The notes under the pieces were generated by a model. The model had not been told where the DNA came from and ran no database searches. It worked only from the letters and a program-made list of their open reading frames with translations. Shown here one piece after another: positions 12,401 through 25,900 of a stretch of DNA of 64,000 nucleotides. Origin of the DNA: Kudoa neothunni (taxonomy: Eukaryota; Animalia; Cnidaria); the NCBI GenBank assembly GCA_964304625.1, contig OZ199840.1, positions 8,767,487 through 8,831,486 of the forward strand. Reading direction: 5' to 3'. The first letter of the stretch is position 1, and every line of letters starts with the position of its first letter. The position numbers and the translations under genes are program-made.

Positions 12401-14464
12401 TATAGACCATTGCATATAAATATAAATGTAAAATTAGTTAATTGCTGTACTATATTTCGAAATTCGAGGAAACGCGATAAATTAATAACCACTTTCTAAC
12501 ACTTATAATGGAATAAAATATAGAAATAAGTCAATACAGAAAGTTTAGTTTCGAGAAAAAAATCAATCTCTTAAAGAATAAAAAAGATGACGAAACTAAT
12601 GAGGAATTTGGAAAAATTAACGAGGAGCTCATCAAAATGTACAACAATTCTATTGTATCGTACTGGCATCCTGCTATATCGATAAGTCCGGTATTTCAAC
12701 TGCCAGCATTATCCGCTCATACGATACCGCCTCCTTTGGATAAATGTGATTTTAGGGGTTTTTGATAATATCAATATATCCCCGATTTAGTTGTTGTTAT
12801 GAACGAAAATCACACCGAAATGTATCCCGTAATATATTACAACAGTTATTGGAATTACTACTCGGACTACCATCCCATATCGAAATTTAACAAGTAATAA
12901 CTGTTTTTTAGCTCATGCACATACATTTTTTATTTTTTCTGATTAAAAAGTCTGATTATATATTTAATTTTTTGAGAGTTATAAAGTTATTCCCGTGCAT
13001 GCACATTCCTATAAAAAGTTAGCTCTAGATTTTTAATTAATATGCCAAAATTTACTAAAACTCATATATTTGAAGATTAATATTTAATATATTTTTTAAG
13101 TAACAAACACCTTTCAAAATGTAATTTAACTTTAATTAAAAATTCTTTTACTCTTATATCAATAGATATTTTAATCAATTTTTTCAATATATAGAACACT
13201 ATCATTAAATATCACATTTTATCCACTCTCATTTTTCAAATGGCAATTTTATATTGCTCAAAATGAGCAGCATCAGTTCTCGTTTCTTCAGCAAAACACT
13301 CAAGCTGATATGGATGGTCTGAAGGTAATTTGTTCACACACACATCAACCATGTAATTGGGATATTACACAATTTAGCGGATGCTGTTGGAAACCAACTT
13401 TTATGTGTTGGTGATGACTATTGCTGTGTCTATTTTGCACAGTGTTTTTGAATTTTTGGCTTTTAAAAATGGTAATTATCTCTCCAAACTAAACCACCTA
13501 TCATCATTACTTTATATTCTATAATTCACACATGTAGATATTCAATTCTGGAAGAATAAAGACAACTATGAAGGAATCTCATTGAGATCGGTCATATTTG
13601 GAATATTTCAACATGTGGTGGTGTTGTTATATGTGCTTGACAACGAAACCAACTTCATGATAACACTTGGTCTGGGTGTTGGATTGTTGATAGAAATTTG
13701 GAAACTCCACAAGATATTCCATATAAGTTTCCGGATGTATTCTCCTCAAATTCCAATTCCAATCCCCGTGTTCACATACAAGTCTACTAGTTACTCTCAA
13801 TCTAAAACTCACGAATATGATGCGGTATATTTTGTCTACTCTCCTATTAATCATTATTTTTTATGACCCCATGTCATGATTCATGATGGTTTAATCTAAT
13901 CGTACCACAATAGATTGCATTCAAATATCTCTCGTTTGTATTGTTTCCACTGGTTGTGGCCTATGCCGGCTACTCACTTGTCTACCACACACACAAAGGT
14001 TGGTACAGTTTTGTACTCAGTGTGTTATATGGCTTTCTATTGTTGTTCGGATTTATTATGATGACGCCACAACTGTTCATCAACTACAAACTGAAAAGTG
14101 TCGCACATCTCCCATGGCGGATGCTCACCTACAAAGCGCTCAACACATTTATAGACGATATCTTTGCGTTTGTGATCACCATGCCAACTCTCTATAGAAT
14201 CGGATGTTTACGAGATGGTAGTGTTCATTTTTAGTTGCTTTTCTGTCTTTTTAATTTCACCGCAATAATAACTGTCACTCACTGCTTTTAGATGTGATCT
14301 TCCTAATCTTCCTCTACCAACGCTGGATCTATCCTACTGACATGAAACGTGTGAATGAGTTTGGAGTGAGTGGCGAAGCTGAGGATATGACGACAGCCGA
14401 ACAACCACCACAACTTCAACAACAGGATGAATCAACCAATGTCGATCATGAGAAACAGGAATAA
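6357..14464 (+). CDS. CLPTM1: Cleft lip and palate transmembrane protein 1 homolog (ER multi-pass lipid scramblase family), multi-exon
   Basis: Exons 6357-6589, 6636-6796 and 6844-6961 (FYGDYYGG; RNGSVSL), then a 5.6-kb intron, then exons from 12524. These encode SYWHP...IPPPLDK, FEFLAFKNDIQFW, FIMMTPQLFINYKLKSVAHLPWRMLTYKALNTFIDDIFAFVI and YQRWIYPTDMKRVNEFG, ending at TAA 14462-14464. Four +1 homopolymer frameshifts lie in the 5' exons. Confidence 0.93.
7600..8330 (-). mobile_element. Merlin/ISXO2-like (IS1595) transposase relic in the CLPTM1 intron
   Basis: Fragments TIRDWKNYINE, DKWSAYQNL..LG..HDSVNHS; many stops. Confidence 0.7.
9000..9620 (-). mobile_element. Merlin/ISXO2-like transposase relic containing a (TA)n insertion
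   Basis: VEIDES; PWIFEL...FFVKRRDRETLTQIIQAEVIPGSTIYSDEWAACNNLGSLGY. Confidence 0.85.
10040..10700 (-). mobile_element. Merlin/ISXO2-like transposase relic
   Basis: STIVDWTNYIRD...KVGGPG, then V.IDESQ..KRK, WVVG and VNH-type fragments across frameshifts. Confidence 0.8.
11960..12314 (-). mobile_element. Merlin/ISXO2-like transposase relic
   Basis: Minus strand DPWVVGICE...FFIVERRSKRTLTSLI...IFIDE*..YGYDHVTINHSREYV..GYHT. Confidence 0.8.
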
Positions 14465-14586
14465 TAAAAAATAACGCTTTTATCATTTGTTTAGAACATA
14501 TCAATTGAATTAATAAGTGCATAAAATTTTTCTACTAACAATTCAAATATGAGTTTTTGTGAACAGTTGAAATCGCAGTGGCACGC

Positions 14587-16490
14587 TTACATTTGTCTTC
14601 TGAAAAACAGTGAGGATCCTCGGTAGAGACGTCCCTAAAAATCAGTCATGTTAAAAATACGAAAATTTTAACCCAGCCAGCTAAAAATACGAAAATTTTA
14701 ACCCAGCCAGCTGAAATCCATATTCATATATCCATATATTCATATATCCATATTCATATATTCATATATTCATATCCATATATCCATATGGGAGGTTATT
14801 ATAATAATTATCATATTAATCATATATTATTTTATTAAATTATTATATTAACTACATGAATACAGAAGGCCTTATCAATTATAATGAATAAGCAATTAGA
14901 TCAGGGGTTAAAGATTAAGTCGAAACTGAGGACATACACTATTCTTTAGATATTTATAGCACTCATAACTACTCTTGAAAGGGTAACCGTTATCAGGCTG
15001 AGCAATTCTTAACCTAAACAAATAATGACAACACGTTCGAGAAAGTGTTTTTTGAATAAATAAACCTTGATCCATTGATCATCATGGCGGTTGTGACAGT
15101 TTGAAAAGGGTAACAGCTATACGAAGAAACCACCTAAGAAAATCATAACAAGACAAACACACACAACTCTATTTTACTGCACTTCCGAACTTTAAAAAAG
15201 TCTTTATTGAGCTTGTGTCGTGGATACCAGTCTAGTAAATTATGAGCAATAAATACGAATAGGTTGGTAATGAATTACATGCTTTTTTAGTATGTGAAGC
15301 GAACTCAGATAAATTAATGTGCTGCCAGCAATGAACCACATGCAAACCTAACAGTGCGGGATACAAACCCGCAAAAAACCCGGCTACTCCCTTCATAATT
15401 CCATATTTCGCTAACAGACTTGATAACGTTTCTATATCAATAGTCAATTGTTAGATTCAACAAACCAATATACGTATAAAGATCTTCGTGTCCAACAAAT
15501 TCAGCGATTGTTCTTGTGGCTATGACTAATTCGAAATGAATTTAAATACAAACGAAATAACACCAACTGAATGTCTACCTCTCAGTGGATGACTAACCAC
15601 AGTTGACATTAGACTAATAATGATCTCTTTTTTTGCACTAAATTCAAAAATAAAGTCATAACGCTAATTTCTGATTTCTAAACCGCATAAATAATAAATG
15701 GGAGAAATTACCTTTTCCCAATTCGATAAGCGTTTCATTGTCTAACAATGGAAACAACTAGAAATGGTTTAAAATAGGTGATCACTCAATTCAAAAATAA
15801 TACAGATGAGTCTGAGTATTGTTCCACTTGTTCCATTTCCGTATCAGAGTAATGCATCTCTATGTTGTCATTGCTGTTGCCCATACACATTGACACACAT
15901 TCATCGTAACACTAACAATTGATTGAGATGATACTGAAGCTGTAAAAACAAAATATGGCTACATTATCCAGCAAATATTCGGCGCAAATTTAGTCAACTC
16001 GTAACCAACGCTAAAATTAAAAATCGAATATTTCAAGAGAACCCCAACCAAAAAGTATGTTACTATGGACTGAAACCTCGATAAACTCCAAAAAATCCAT
16101 CAACTCCGCGTATATATGACCCTATTTTATGAAAATTTGATATATGGATCAAAATAAATTTAGAATGGATGCGAAAAATAACCGTATTTAATCACGTTAG
16201 GCAAATATAGTCTTGGACGCCCACTTATTGAACTTCCAAATGTAGGGGGTAAGGGCTCATATCCTAACTAATCTCAGATTATTATTTCCATAAATAAAAC
16301 AAAAGATTGTTAATTGTGGTTATTGTTATTCGCTAATTACCTGAATAAGTGTGCGGATCATCGATAATGGATACATTCCTATAGATTTAAGTGTAGAGTT
16401 GATCCATTTTTCACGTAGATCTATGGTGGCGATGAGTGAACTTTTCTCAAATATCCTTCTTGCTTAGATGTTGACGATTTTTTGTGCCAT
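14587..16490 (-). CDS. MTCH2: Mitochondrial carrier homolog (MTCH1/2-like outer-membrane protein), multi-exon
   Basis: Spliced translation: YPLSMIRTLIQ|LGYEPLPPTFGSSISGRPRLYLPNV..YIRGVDGFFGVYRGFSP, SHPLR|VIATRTIAEFVGHE, EG.AGFFAGLYPALLG, YPFQTVTTAMMING, and last exon GRLYRGSSLFFRRQM* (14587-14635). Several single-base frameshifts; start codon uncertain. Confidence 0.88.
14651..14788. repeat. 30-bp direct duplication plus ATATTC/ATATCC microsatellite in the last MTCH intron
   Basis: taaaaatacgaaaattttaacccagccagc occurs twice, followed by (CATATATT/CATATATC)n. Confidence 0.9.
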
Positions 16491-16541
16491 TCAACAATAA
16501 AGGATTATTACACGCGTCGTTGTATTAACGAAATGCTTAAT

Positions 16542-16551
16542 TGCGCTTGCG
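16542..16551. promoter_or_regulatory. NRF1-like motif upstream of MTCH
   Basis: TGCGCTTGCG about 50 bp upstream of the putative ATG. Confidence 0.5.
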
Positions 16552-18078
16552 TCATTTTTTACGGTTATGTAAAAATCTGGATTATTCATCAGATATATTG
16601 ATGAAATAAACATTATTTTTATGATCTTGTTATCTAGACATTATAATAATGTTCCAATGTGGTGATCAATCTTAAACCCGTCAGTGACCCCACTTTGGAA
16701 AATCTTATTTTTAATAAGGAAAACCTCATAGATTTCCCTTACAAATTCATTTAATCTTAGAGAATATATTCGTATACTATATGAATTCAAGCTATTGAAA
16801 AATATGAAAATTTATCCTAGAAAAAATGCCTGTATAATTGAGCTCATGTTTAAACTTTGTATTAAAATTATTAAAAGATAAAAACAAACAACGACATATT
16901 ATCACCATTAATATATATTAAACCTTAAAGAAACACTCTAATTGTAGGTTTTCCTTTTTCCTTTTCCTATCGAGGGATTACGATGACGTAATGAGATTAA
17001 ATTAAAGGATTATCGGCTACATGTGTTTTAGACATTAAGAATTAACAAAATATATTATTTAATTTTTGATTATCAATTTAAGAAGAAATTTATAATTAGG
17101 AATGCCGTTTGATAACGATATCCAATAATTTGAGGCTATACTGCAATATAAGTTTACCTACTTAGAGGGGGAGGGAGCATCGTAACTTATCGGTGAATGT
17201 TTGCGCCAGACTTTCAAGAGGAATTATCTTTCGCATTTAAAATATAGATTCGAGCTACTTTATAAATGTATTGATATTGGCGAAAGGCCTAATTTATAGA
17301 AATCATTGATCCACGCAAAAGATCACGATGTTCACTTTGTTAACGAAATATTAATAAAAAAAACTAATATACGGTGTTATGTGTTATGTGTTATATCTAC
17401 AAGGGGCCTATTCGCTCGTCTCAAAAATTTAAAATAAGTGTTTTATACTGCCAGACATATAGTTTAGAATCCGATGGATGTTATCTTTGAAAAAATTGTT
17501 CTCTCTTTAGCAAAAGGAAACCCCTGAATTAATGTGATTTATTTTTAAATACATCCATTTTAAAATTTCATATTTAATTTGATCATTTTGAATGTATACA
17601 CATACTCAAATACTTACAACTACGATTCATACTTAACCTTACTTTTAATTTTGTGATTAATGACTTTTTCCAGAAATCATGCCAGATTTTTGTATGGTCG
17701 CTTGTATGCATTTCTTATCTATACTTGATTTAAATGCTGTTATTATACGTTCTGAAACTTTAAACTATGTAAATATAATAAAACATATATTTTAAACGTA
17801 CAACAACATGCGTTCTGTTGAAGATGTTTATAATAATTTACTAGAAGAATTATTTACTTTTTTTTAAGTTTAATCTCTCCAATGCAGATTTTTAAATAAG
17901 TTAATATAGTTGAGTTATGATTAATAGTTACAATTATACTTTTTGATTCAATTGCGCGATAAAATAAGAAAATAAATCTTGAGATAAGAAACTTATCTTG
18001 ATTTAATGATTGTAGTTAATATAGAAAAGGTTTGAGGTATATGCACTTTACTGCGCATGCGAGAACAAAATATTAGAT

Positions 18079-18384
18079 CAGAGGTCAACAATGTTTTCAA
18101 TTGGTGGGCAAAATTTTAAATTTTTATAAGCACAGAGGGTCGGATTAAAAAAATTTTTTGAAAAGCACATAAAAATTGAACGAAAATAATAAATAAATGA
18201 TGAATTTTAATGAGAAAAGAAGTACATATTAATTGCTTTAAAATTTTGATGTGATAAAGAGCTTTATTCAATGCTACAAACAATTGAAATTATAAAAATA
18301 AATATTTCCGAATGAGGTGAGGCACGGGAATTTCATTCAAGAAAAAATGGGGAGCGATAGAAAAAAAAAGGTTGGGAAACACTG
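18079..18384. mobile_element. hAT (Charlie-like) MITE
   Basis: Left end CAGAGGTCAACAATG; right end GGTTGGGAAACACTG (same end recurs at ~41936-41950); NTNTAGAN-like flanks. Confidence 0.5.
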
Positions 18385-18947
18385 ATTTAGACCATGTAGT
18401 TATTAGTTTGATTTTTAACTATAATTCGCTGCTGGGAGAAATACCAACTCAACAATTTTCAATTCCGCCTGTTGCGTACGCAGTAGATACATAAATAAAT
18501 AATCGGCCACGACAGAATGTAGCCTCCCGATTGAGGATTCGAGACTCATACCATAAGTCGATGAAATTCGTACGTTCAAGCATGTTACGTAAATAATATA
18601 ACGATTCTACGGAATCGGAATCTCTCTCGAGAATGGATCATGTGCGATTCGTGCACCGTCGAAACTTAAATAAGTCTGATAAATAATAGTTATTAGATTA
18701 ATTTTACTGAAAGTTAATTTGCATTTTCAAATTTACTACAGTCAGTCAGTCAGTTAGTTAGTCAGTCAGTGACCGGTTTCGCGCACTTTTTAAAAATCCA
18801 CACAATTTGAATAATCAAATGTACAATCAATATATAATATTTTTTAATGTTTTTATTAGAGAATTTGGATCTAAATAATATAATAAGGTTGGGGAATTTC
18901 AAGATTGTTCGTCACGTGACTGTCTGGTTTCACACTTTTTTCGGAAC

Positions 18948-20002
18948 CAGCGCTGTCAACCCAAATCGGACAAATCAGATTTTTTATAAAAACGGAACTA
19001 ATATTTAATTATGTGTATAAATATTGCGTTAATTTATAATTAACTCAGAAACTTTAAATTTATGACATCATTAGAACAAGATTTTCTACTGTAGAACATC
19101 ATATTCTATGTCTTCTGATTTTTTCGATAATTCCAGATGATAAAATGCCATTTTTGGAGAAGCATTAATCAGAGCTTGAGGAAGTAAGGATGTGCTCTAT
19201 TTTCCGATAGAATAAAATTTATTTGCCGATAAACAATGACCCAAATGGCGATTGTTAATAATTTAGTCAATCAAACTTTTTTTTGAGCCTATTCAATTCA
19301 TTTAATTTCAAACAATTCTACTACAGTCTTTCGTTCTATTTTTGAATAACACATAACAACTATATCTAGATGAGGTTTTATTTTTATGTGCGACCATTCG
19401 TTCATTAAAATTAAGAAAAATTAGTCGAGTAGATAATATTTTGTTAAATTTTAAGTTGTTTAGCTGATACCTAAGGTTAGGATATTTTAACTATTGATAA
19501 CAAACACATGTAATGATAACTTAGCATTGGATATCACCAACATCAGATTCTTTTCAGAATTCAAACTCAAAAATCTCTTCGAAATAATTCCAAAATAGCT
19601 CATGGTCATGATTGAACTGTGTATAGTCTCTAATAATGATAACGGTAAAAAATCCAAAGTGTTGGTCTTAACAGGAGCATCAAATTTAAAAATATGATCA
19701 TTTTGTTAAATTTTTGGCATGTTTTTAAGCTCAATTTTTGTATTACGCGGACTTTAAGAATTATTAGAATACCTAATTGTATCTTGTGTTTGGTGAACTT
19801 CTATTGTAGACATTCTAAATTGAAATAAAGCATTGTTTCAAGTATAAAATTTTCTACTCGAAGATTTCTCGTAATGAAATCAGAAACGATTGAATTCCAT
19901 TTTTGTGAATTTGCAATAACTCCTTGCCGTTGAAACATTGTTTTGCGATTATTCAGTCTTTCGAAGAATATGAGTAAAAATAGGACACGGTTGGCAACAC
20001 TG
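18948..20002. mobile_element. Non-autonomous hAT element
   Basis: TIRs CAGCGCTGTCAACC / GGTTGGCAACACTG; 8-bp TSD ttcggaac / tttggaac (7 of 8 match). Confidence 0.7.
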
Positions 20003-20057
20003 TTTGGAACGTTTTTGAAAAAATAGATAAATTTTGTTTAATAGTCGAAAGAGTTAA

Positions 20058-20306
20058 CCCTTAAAGGATAATCTTCAGTTCCATGCGCCCATCTTTATAT
20101 TATTTTGTTTATAAATTTTGTTGTTATGCATGTTATATTTTGTGTATATTCGTCAGAATTTCATCTACATTTTTAAAAAAGCATTATCTACCGACCGACA
20201 TAATAAAATAAGTTAATGGTTTGGCGAAATTACACAAATTATAACAGGTTTTACAACAAAATAATAGGGAGGTGGACGCGCGAATCCAATGGTTAGCCGG
20301 TAAGGG
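20058..20306. mobile_element. piggyBac-type MITE
   Basis: ~37-bp imperfect TIRs starting CCCTTA, flanked by TTAA / TCAA. Confidence 0.6.
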
Positions 20307-22927
20307 TCAAATGAAATGAAAAAAATTCAATTCAAAACATGAAATGATAAAATACCTCCAAAATATCTTCCCAAGAGCAGCCAATTTTGTTACTATAAAG
20401 AACAAGACATATCCTTCATCTCCAACCCTTATGACATCTTAAAAAAATAAATTTGTTTAAATGATTGAATGCAAACCGATTATTGTTTTCATTTGCGAAT
20501 CTACTAAAATGAGTTTAAAAATTATCCAAGATTGACAAAAAAGGTCGATCAATCAATCATGATCGCGATGATGAAAGCTATATTTTAAAATATTTGGACG
20601 AATTCTGTGTGATCAAAATAACTAATTATTTTATTTCTAAATGAAATAAATTATTTGTTTCTCAAATGTATGCAATTCAATCATAATAAATAACTAGGTG
20701 TTTAGTAACACCCTAAAATTTTGTAATCATTAGTATGCCTATATTAAAACAGAAATTAGATATCATGATCCTCATAAAATTAGTAAATAAATATATTATG
20801 AGAAGATAAATTAAACGATAAACATTCTTTATCACATAAAATTTAATCAAACTTGTTAATCTATTACATAGATGGCATTGTTATGTCGTGGAGTATATCA
20901 CACATATCAGTAATAAATTATTCAATAAAATTATAAAACATGAGTCTTTCAAACGTACGGAAGCCTGTTTTTATGTAGAGGGTTGAATCTAACTAGTGTT
21001 CATAGTGTTTCAAACGGTCTCGTCATTACAAAAACGAATTTCCATTCATGTTTTTAATTCTTGGATTATATTTATTGTTCCTCTAATTTTTAAACTCAAT
21101 GAATTCAGTACAAGTCACGGAACTTCAGATAATTTTTCACATGTATCGTTAAAACTTTCATCAACCACTTAAAAATTAAAAAATGAAATGAATTATCACT
21201 TTTACATTTTTAATAAAAATCAAATTAAGGTTGTAAATTTTTAAAAAGATCATTAAATTTAAGATAAAATTTATATCTCGATATTCAGAGAATATAAAAA
21301 TTACGAACGCCAACAAATGACATTAATAAATATACAAAGTGTCTGCTTATAATAACTGTCATATTTAATGTACAAATATACTGAGAAATTCAGAATCACA
21401 TGTTAATTATTTTTTAAAAATGTCTTTCCGTGGCGTTATTTTATTAAACATACATGATGCTATATAAACAATCCAAAAACAACTATCGATGGAAATACTT
21501 TTAAATTTTTCTCATCATAATTACCACTTAATTTCAGACATAAGTTTTAAAAATCTTGGTGTAAGTTATTGCAAATTCATTATTTACGTAATGGTTAAGG
21601 TTTTGAGAATGCATCGTTGCATTAATGAACAAAAAAGTTTACGCACCACTTCATTAAGAAAACCTTGATTATTAGCGGTCACATTATCCATAAAAAGGAG
21701 ACTTTTTTACTAAATCATCAAGAAACGAAAATATATATAAAATTCCAGAAAGTATATAATTTAGAAATCTAAATTTACTTATTGTGTATCCAACGATAAT
21801 TTTGAATTTAGCTGTTTTATTTCGAACTTTAAACATCTTATCTTTAGTTTACCCACAAAATAAGCCTGATTTAATCAGAAAAAATAATTTTTTACTATCC
21901 AAAATTATTTTAAAATAATTCTACATATTAAAATACAAAATAATTGGATTCCCTCGCTATAAGGTACGGTATTTATTGAATTTACCTCGAAAAAGGGGGC
22001 GAGCTCTTCAATATCTTTTAAGATAAGTATTCAGCTTATTGTTTTTTTATAATCTTTAATGTTAGATTGAGGTTAGAATTGAGTGTTGGGTCTGTTTGAA
22101 TGTATGAAACTTACAGAAAGATAAATTTTAATATCCCGGTATTAAATAGCACACTAATGAACTTTCCAATTAAATATTTGACAAAAAGAGGTAGTTTTCC
22201 AGTAAAATAATAATTAGAACCAAAATCTTAGTGTGTTCGTCGGTAGATAATGTTTTCTCGTATGATTTTGTCATGTATTTCCACTACTTTATCCCTATGA
22301 TATTATTTTTAAGAGTTAATCTTCATACTTTCAAGTATCTGATAATATAAAACAAACATTATTATAATTGAATTGTATCACTTTTTATTGGTTCATTTTG
22401 AACAGTAGTTGTACCCAGGAATCAACATTATCTTTAATTTTACGCCTATCTACCCATAGCTACGATTTTGCTATCGTTGAATTAAATTTGGGGGAAACAT
22501 CTATTTTTAAAACTGCATAGATTTTTCTAATCATTTTAAACTTTTCCCAACAACAATAATAATTGCATACTAAATATGGGTCAATTGTACTGGCTGACTG
22601 CCACAATTTCATTAAGAGTGATACAACAAGAAAATACGTTACCAATAATATCTCAATACTAGAATCAATTAATACTTAAAAAAATTTGGATCTATTTTTT
22701 GCCCAACTAACTTAGAGTCGACTTTTGTCTTTATCAAAAGGGAATTGTTCAATAACAAAATTTATTACATTGTTAAATATAATTACTGATTTAATTAGAA
22801 ATCACAAATATTTGGATCTTTTTTCTCGTGTTTATTTTAAAATTAAAAAAGGAAAGAAAAGAATAAAAATGTAAATATATTTGATATCGATAATATAAAA
22901 AGTAACTAAATATTCAATCTTTATGTT

Positions 22928-25900
22928 TTATAGGTCATAGGCAATATCTTTGGAACGTCTTGAGTAAACCGTGATGCCGACCACCGCAAAAATTGAAGCC
23001 ACGATTGGTATCAGAGCATAAATGCTAAAACAATTCAAAAATAATGGATATTTAAATTTACATGTATCGGACAATCGACCTATTTAAAAGTTAGACAAAT
23101 AATTTGACATAAAAATACGAATTGACATTCTTCGCAGCTGCATGTTCTTGTTTCCGCTTACTATCTAGTCATAATTGGATAGTTTTATAATTAAACTATA
23201 AATACTTTACTAAATATAAATTAATGAACAATTCTACAAATCTATTTTTTAGTTACCTTTGTTCAACTACTTTTATAACTTTTTGAAAAATATCGTCTAC
23301 ATCGATGTTCTCATGCTCACTTCTTATTTGTTGTTCATCTATCAAAAATTGAATAATTTTGTGTTTTTTATTAATTACTAATAAAAATTTAATATTAACG
23401 AACATAATTATAGTTATTACCCTGTTGCTTTTGTAATTTTTGAATCTATTTTATTAATAAATATTAATGATTTCAATATGTAGAATATTTAATTTACATA
23501 AAATTTCATAATTTTCATAGTTAGAATAATCCTTTACTTTTACTGCAAATATATAATCTTTATCTTTTGATAATTTGCTGATATCGATATCACATCCGTT
23601 GGCCGAACAGTCCTCATCGTCGTTACACCAGGTAATTGTCGATGGGATTTGATTATCTGACGTTTTCTCTTTCAATATGAATGGACATCTATTAGTCTTT
23701 TGTTTCCCATGAAAATTCACACGAATTTTTAAATCAGCGCCATCTTTATAATTATAACTAACCGATGTTTCTCCACTCACTAAATTAGGCTTTATTCTTT
23801 TAACTGGTCAGTTTGTCATACCTGTAGTAATATTGTAGGTTTTAATCTTCTTCCCATCAGATGGTTCCACTGTCATATTATAGGTCTTTCCTAATTCTAG
23901 GTTAATGATTTGGAATTCACCGTCGCATTTATTTTCGCAAATCCCCAATCCCTCACAAGTGGCCATATATTTTTTATCCGTCCCACCTTGTTTCTCGAGA
24001 TAAACTCTACAAACTGGTAAAGAGTTTTCATTCTGAAATGGTGTGACTGTAGCCGTTTTATTTTTAATTGCCGCATTTGCCTTATTATCGGATAAATCAT
24101 CACCCTCTTCTAAACTGATTTAGATGTTGAGGAGATTAAATGAGAAATACTTGTTCTGAATATTGCTTTCTTTATGTAATTTCCACTGAAACCAATATTA
24201 GTAATTTTTACTGAAATCACGTAACTCGAACCAGCCTCCAACGAACCAATGGAATAAGAAACATCACAACCGGCACCACAATCACTTCCTTCACATTGAG
24301 CTCTGCTTTCATTGGGAATAATACTGGCTTTATATATATTTATTGTACACATTGGAACACTTGGGCCAGACTGTAAAGGTTTGTAAGAATCAAGTCCATT
24401 AAGTTTCACTCCTGAACTGGTTATCTCAGTTAAAGTAAAACCACTGTCACCTCCTATAAAATGTTAGTGATATAATTGATAAATTCGTTTACTTTTGAAG
24501 TATTGTGTAAATTTGTTGTTATCAAATCTTCTCGTAACGGTTACACCAACTTTTACAGATTCTTCCGTCAAATTAATAATGCCATCTTGACAAAGTTGAT
24601 AACAACCATCTTCAACGTCTTCACATTTATTCAAAATAGCAGTTTCTTGGTTTACACCTTCGCTGTTGACTTTAAACACTTTGATATGGCACATTTCATA
24701 ATTGTAAGGACCAGGTAAGAAATTTATTTTAAGTTGTTTTTGGTTTCCATTAACTCCGCTAATGGAAAATATAATATCAGACTTCAGAGGAATAGTTCCA
24801 TTCAAGTATGTATTATTGATATAATAGATTATTCCTGGCCACATATTTGTAGAATCAATTTTGTAATAACTCATGGATCTATCTATTGAGAAAGAAGCAG
24901 CCTTAATCGACACGATGTCGGAATAACTGGATAGACTTAAGTCATCTTTTTGACTTTGGATAAATGCATCCTTAGTATCATCGACTTGGATCTCCCAATT
25001 TGTCATTGAATTGGATTGATAGGTAAATTTAATTTTGCCATCCGCATGGCTCAAAGAATATAATTGTTTATGTTTGTAATCTACAAAATAAAATAAATAT
25101 TGTAAAATAAATAATTAATCAAATTATAAATAAATTTTCAATCAAAATTGGTAAATAAAATTATTAATTACCCATATTAATTGGAAAAACATTCTTTCTT
25201 TTGCATTTTTTTGCTTCTTCATCACTAACGCCATAGCAAACCGATACGTATCGATAAATTTTTGAGTTGATGAATCCGATCTCATTATCTCTTGAATTGC
25301 AATTCATCAAGCAAAACTCATTATCCGTGGTCGATTTGCATGATGGTTTTACGAAATCAGAGTTATCAAACACTGATAATTTTACGACACATTTGGTGTT
25401 CGCTGGAAATTGGGAAAGTGATATAGAGAATTTATCATGCTTGTCGTCTCCTTTTGGGGCGTATTTTTGCTGAAGTTTCCCACTTCGGGAAAATGCTTAA
25501 AAAGTTATTAAATTTATATTAGTCCATAATTTTACCAGGAATAGAAATCTTAATTGGCTTTGATTTCGCCTCTACGTAAATCATCAACCGATAATTAAAT
25601 TTATTATTGTATAAATTATCCGGAAAATTAATATCATTGCATTTTTTGAAATTTGAATCACCACTTTCACACCCAATGCAGGACTGCACTATTTCAGTAG
25701 GCGAAGCTAAATAGAATTATTATCGTAATATAATATATGTAACTACTGTTATTTCCTTCGTGTTTATATAATTGATAACGGCAATTTGTAGATTCAGCAT
25801 TTGTAATAATGTTTTGAGGTTTTATAACGAGTAGATTTTTCTTCGATTGATCTGAAATTTTAAATGTAATATCCTCACCAACTATATATTATTTATTCAA

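Noticed and set aside
14651-14712. 30-bp direct repeats as a CRISPR-like array
   Set aside because: Only two adjacent copies with no spacer, inside a eukaryotic intron.
15232-15447. ORF with HCWQH resembling the hAT C-x2-H motif
   Set aside because: GFFAGLYP and the flanking exons identify it as part of MTCH; the motif is probably out of frame.
21900-22700. Coding-like minus-strand stretch downstream of the surface gene
   Set aside because: Many stops, no recognisable motif, and no consistent splice model.
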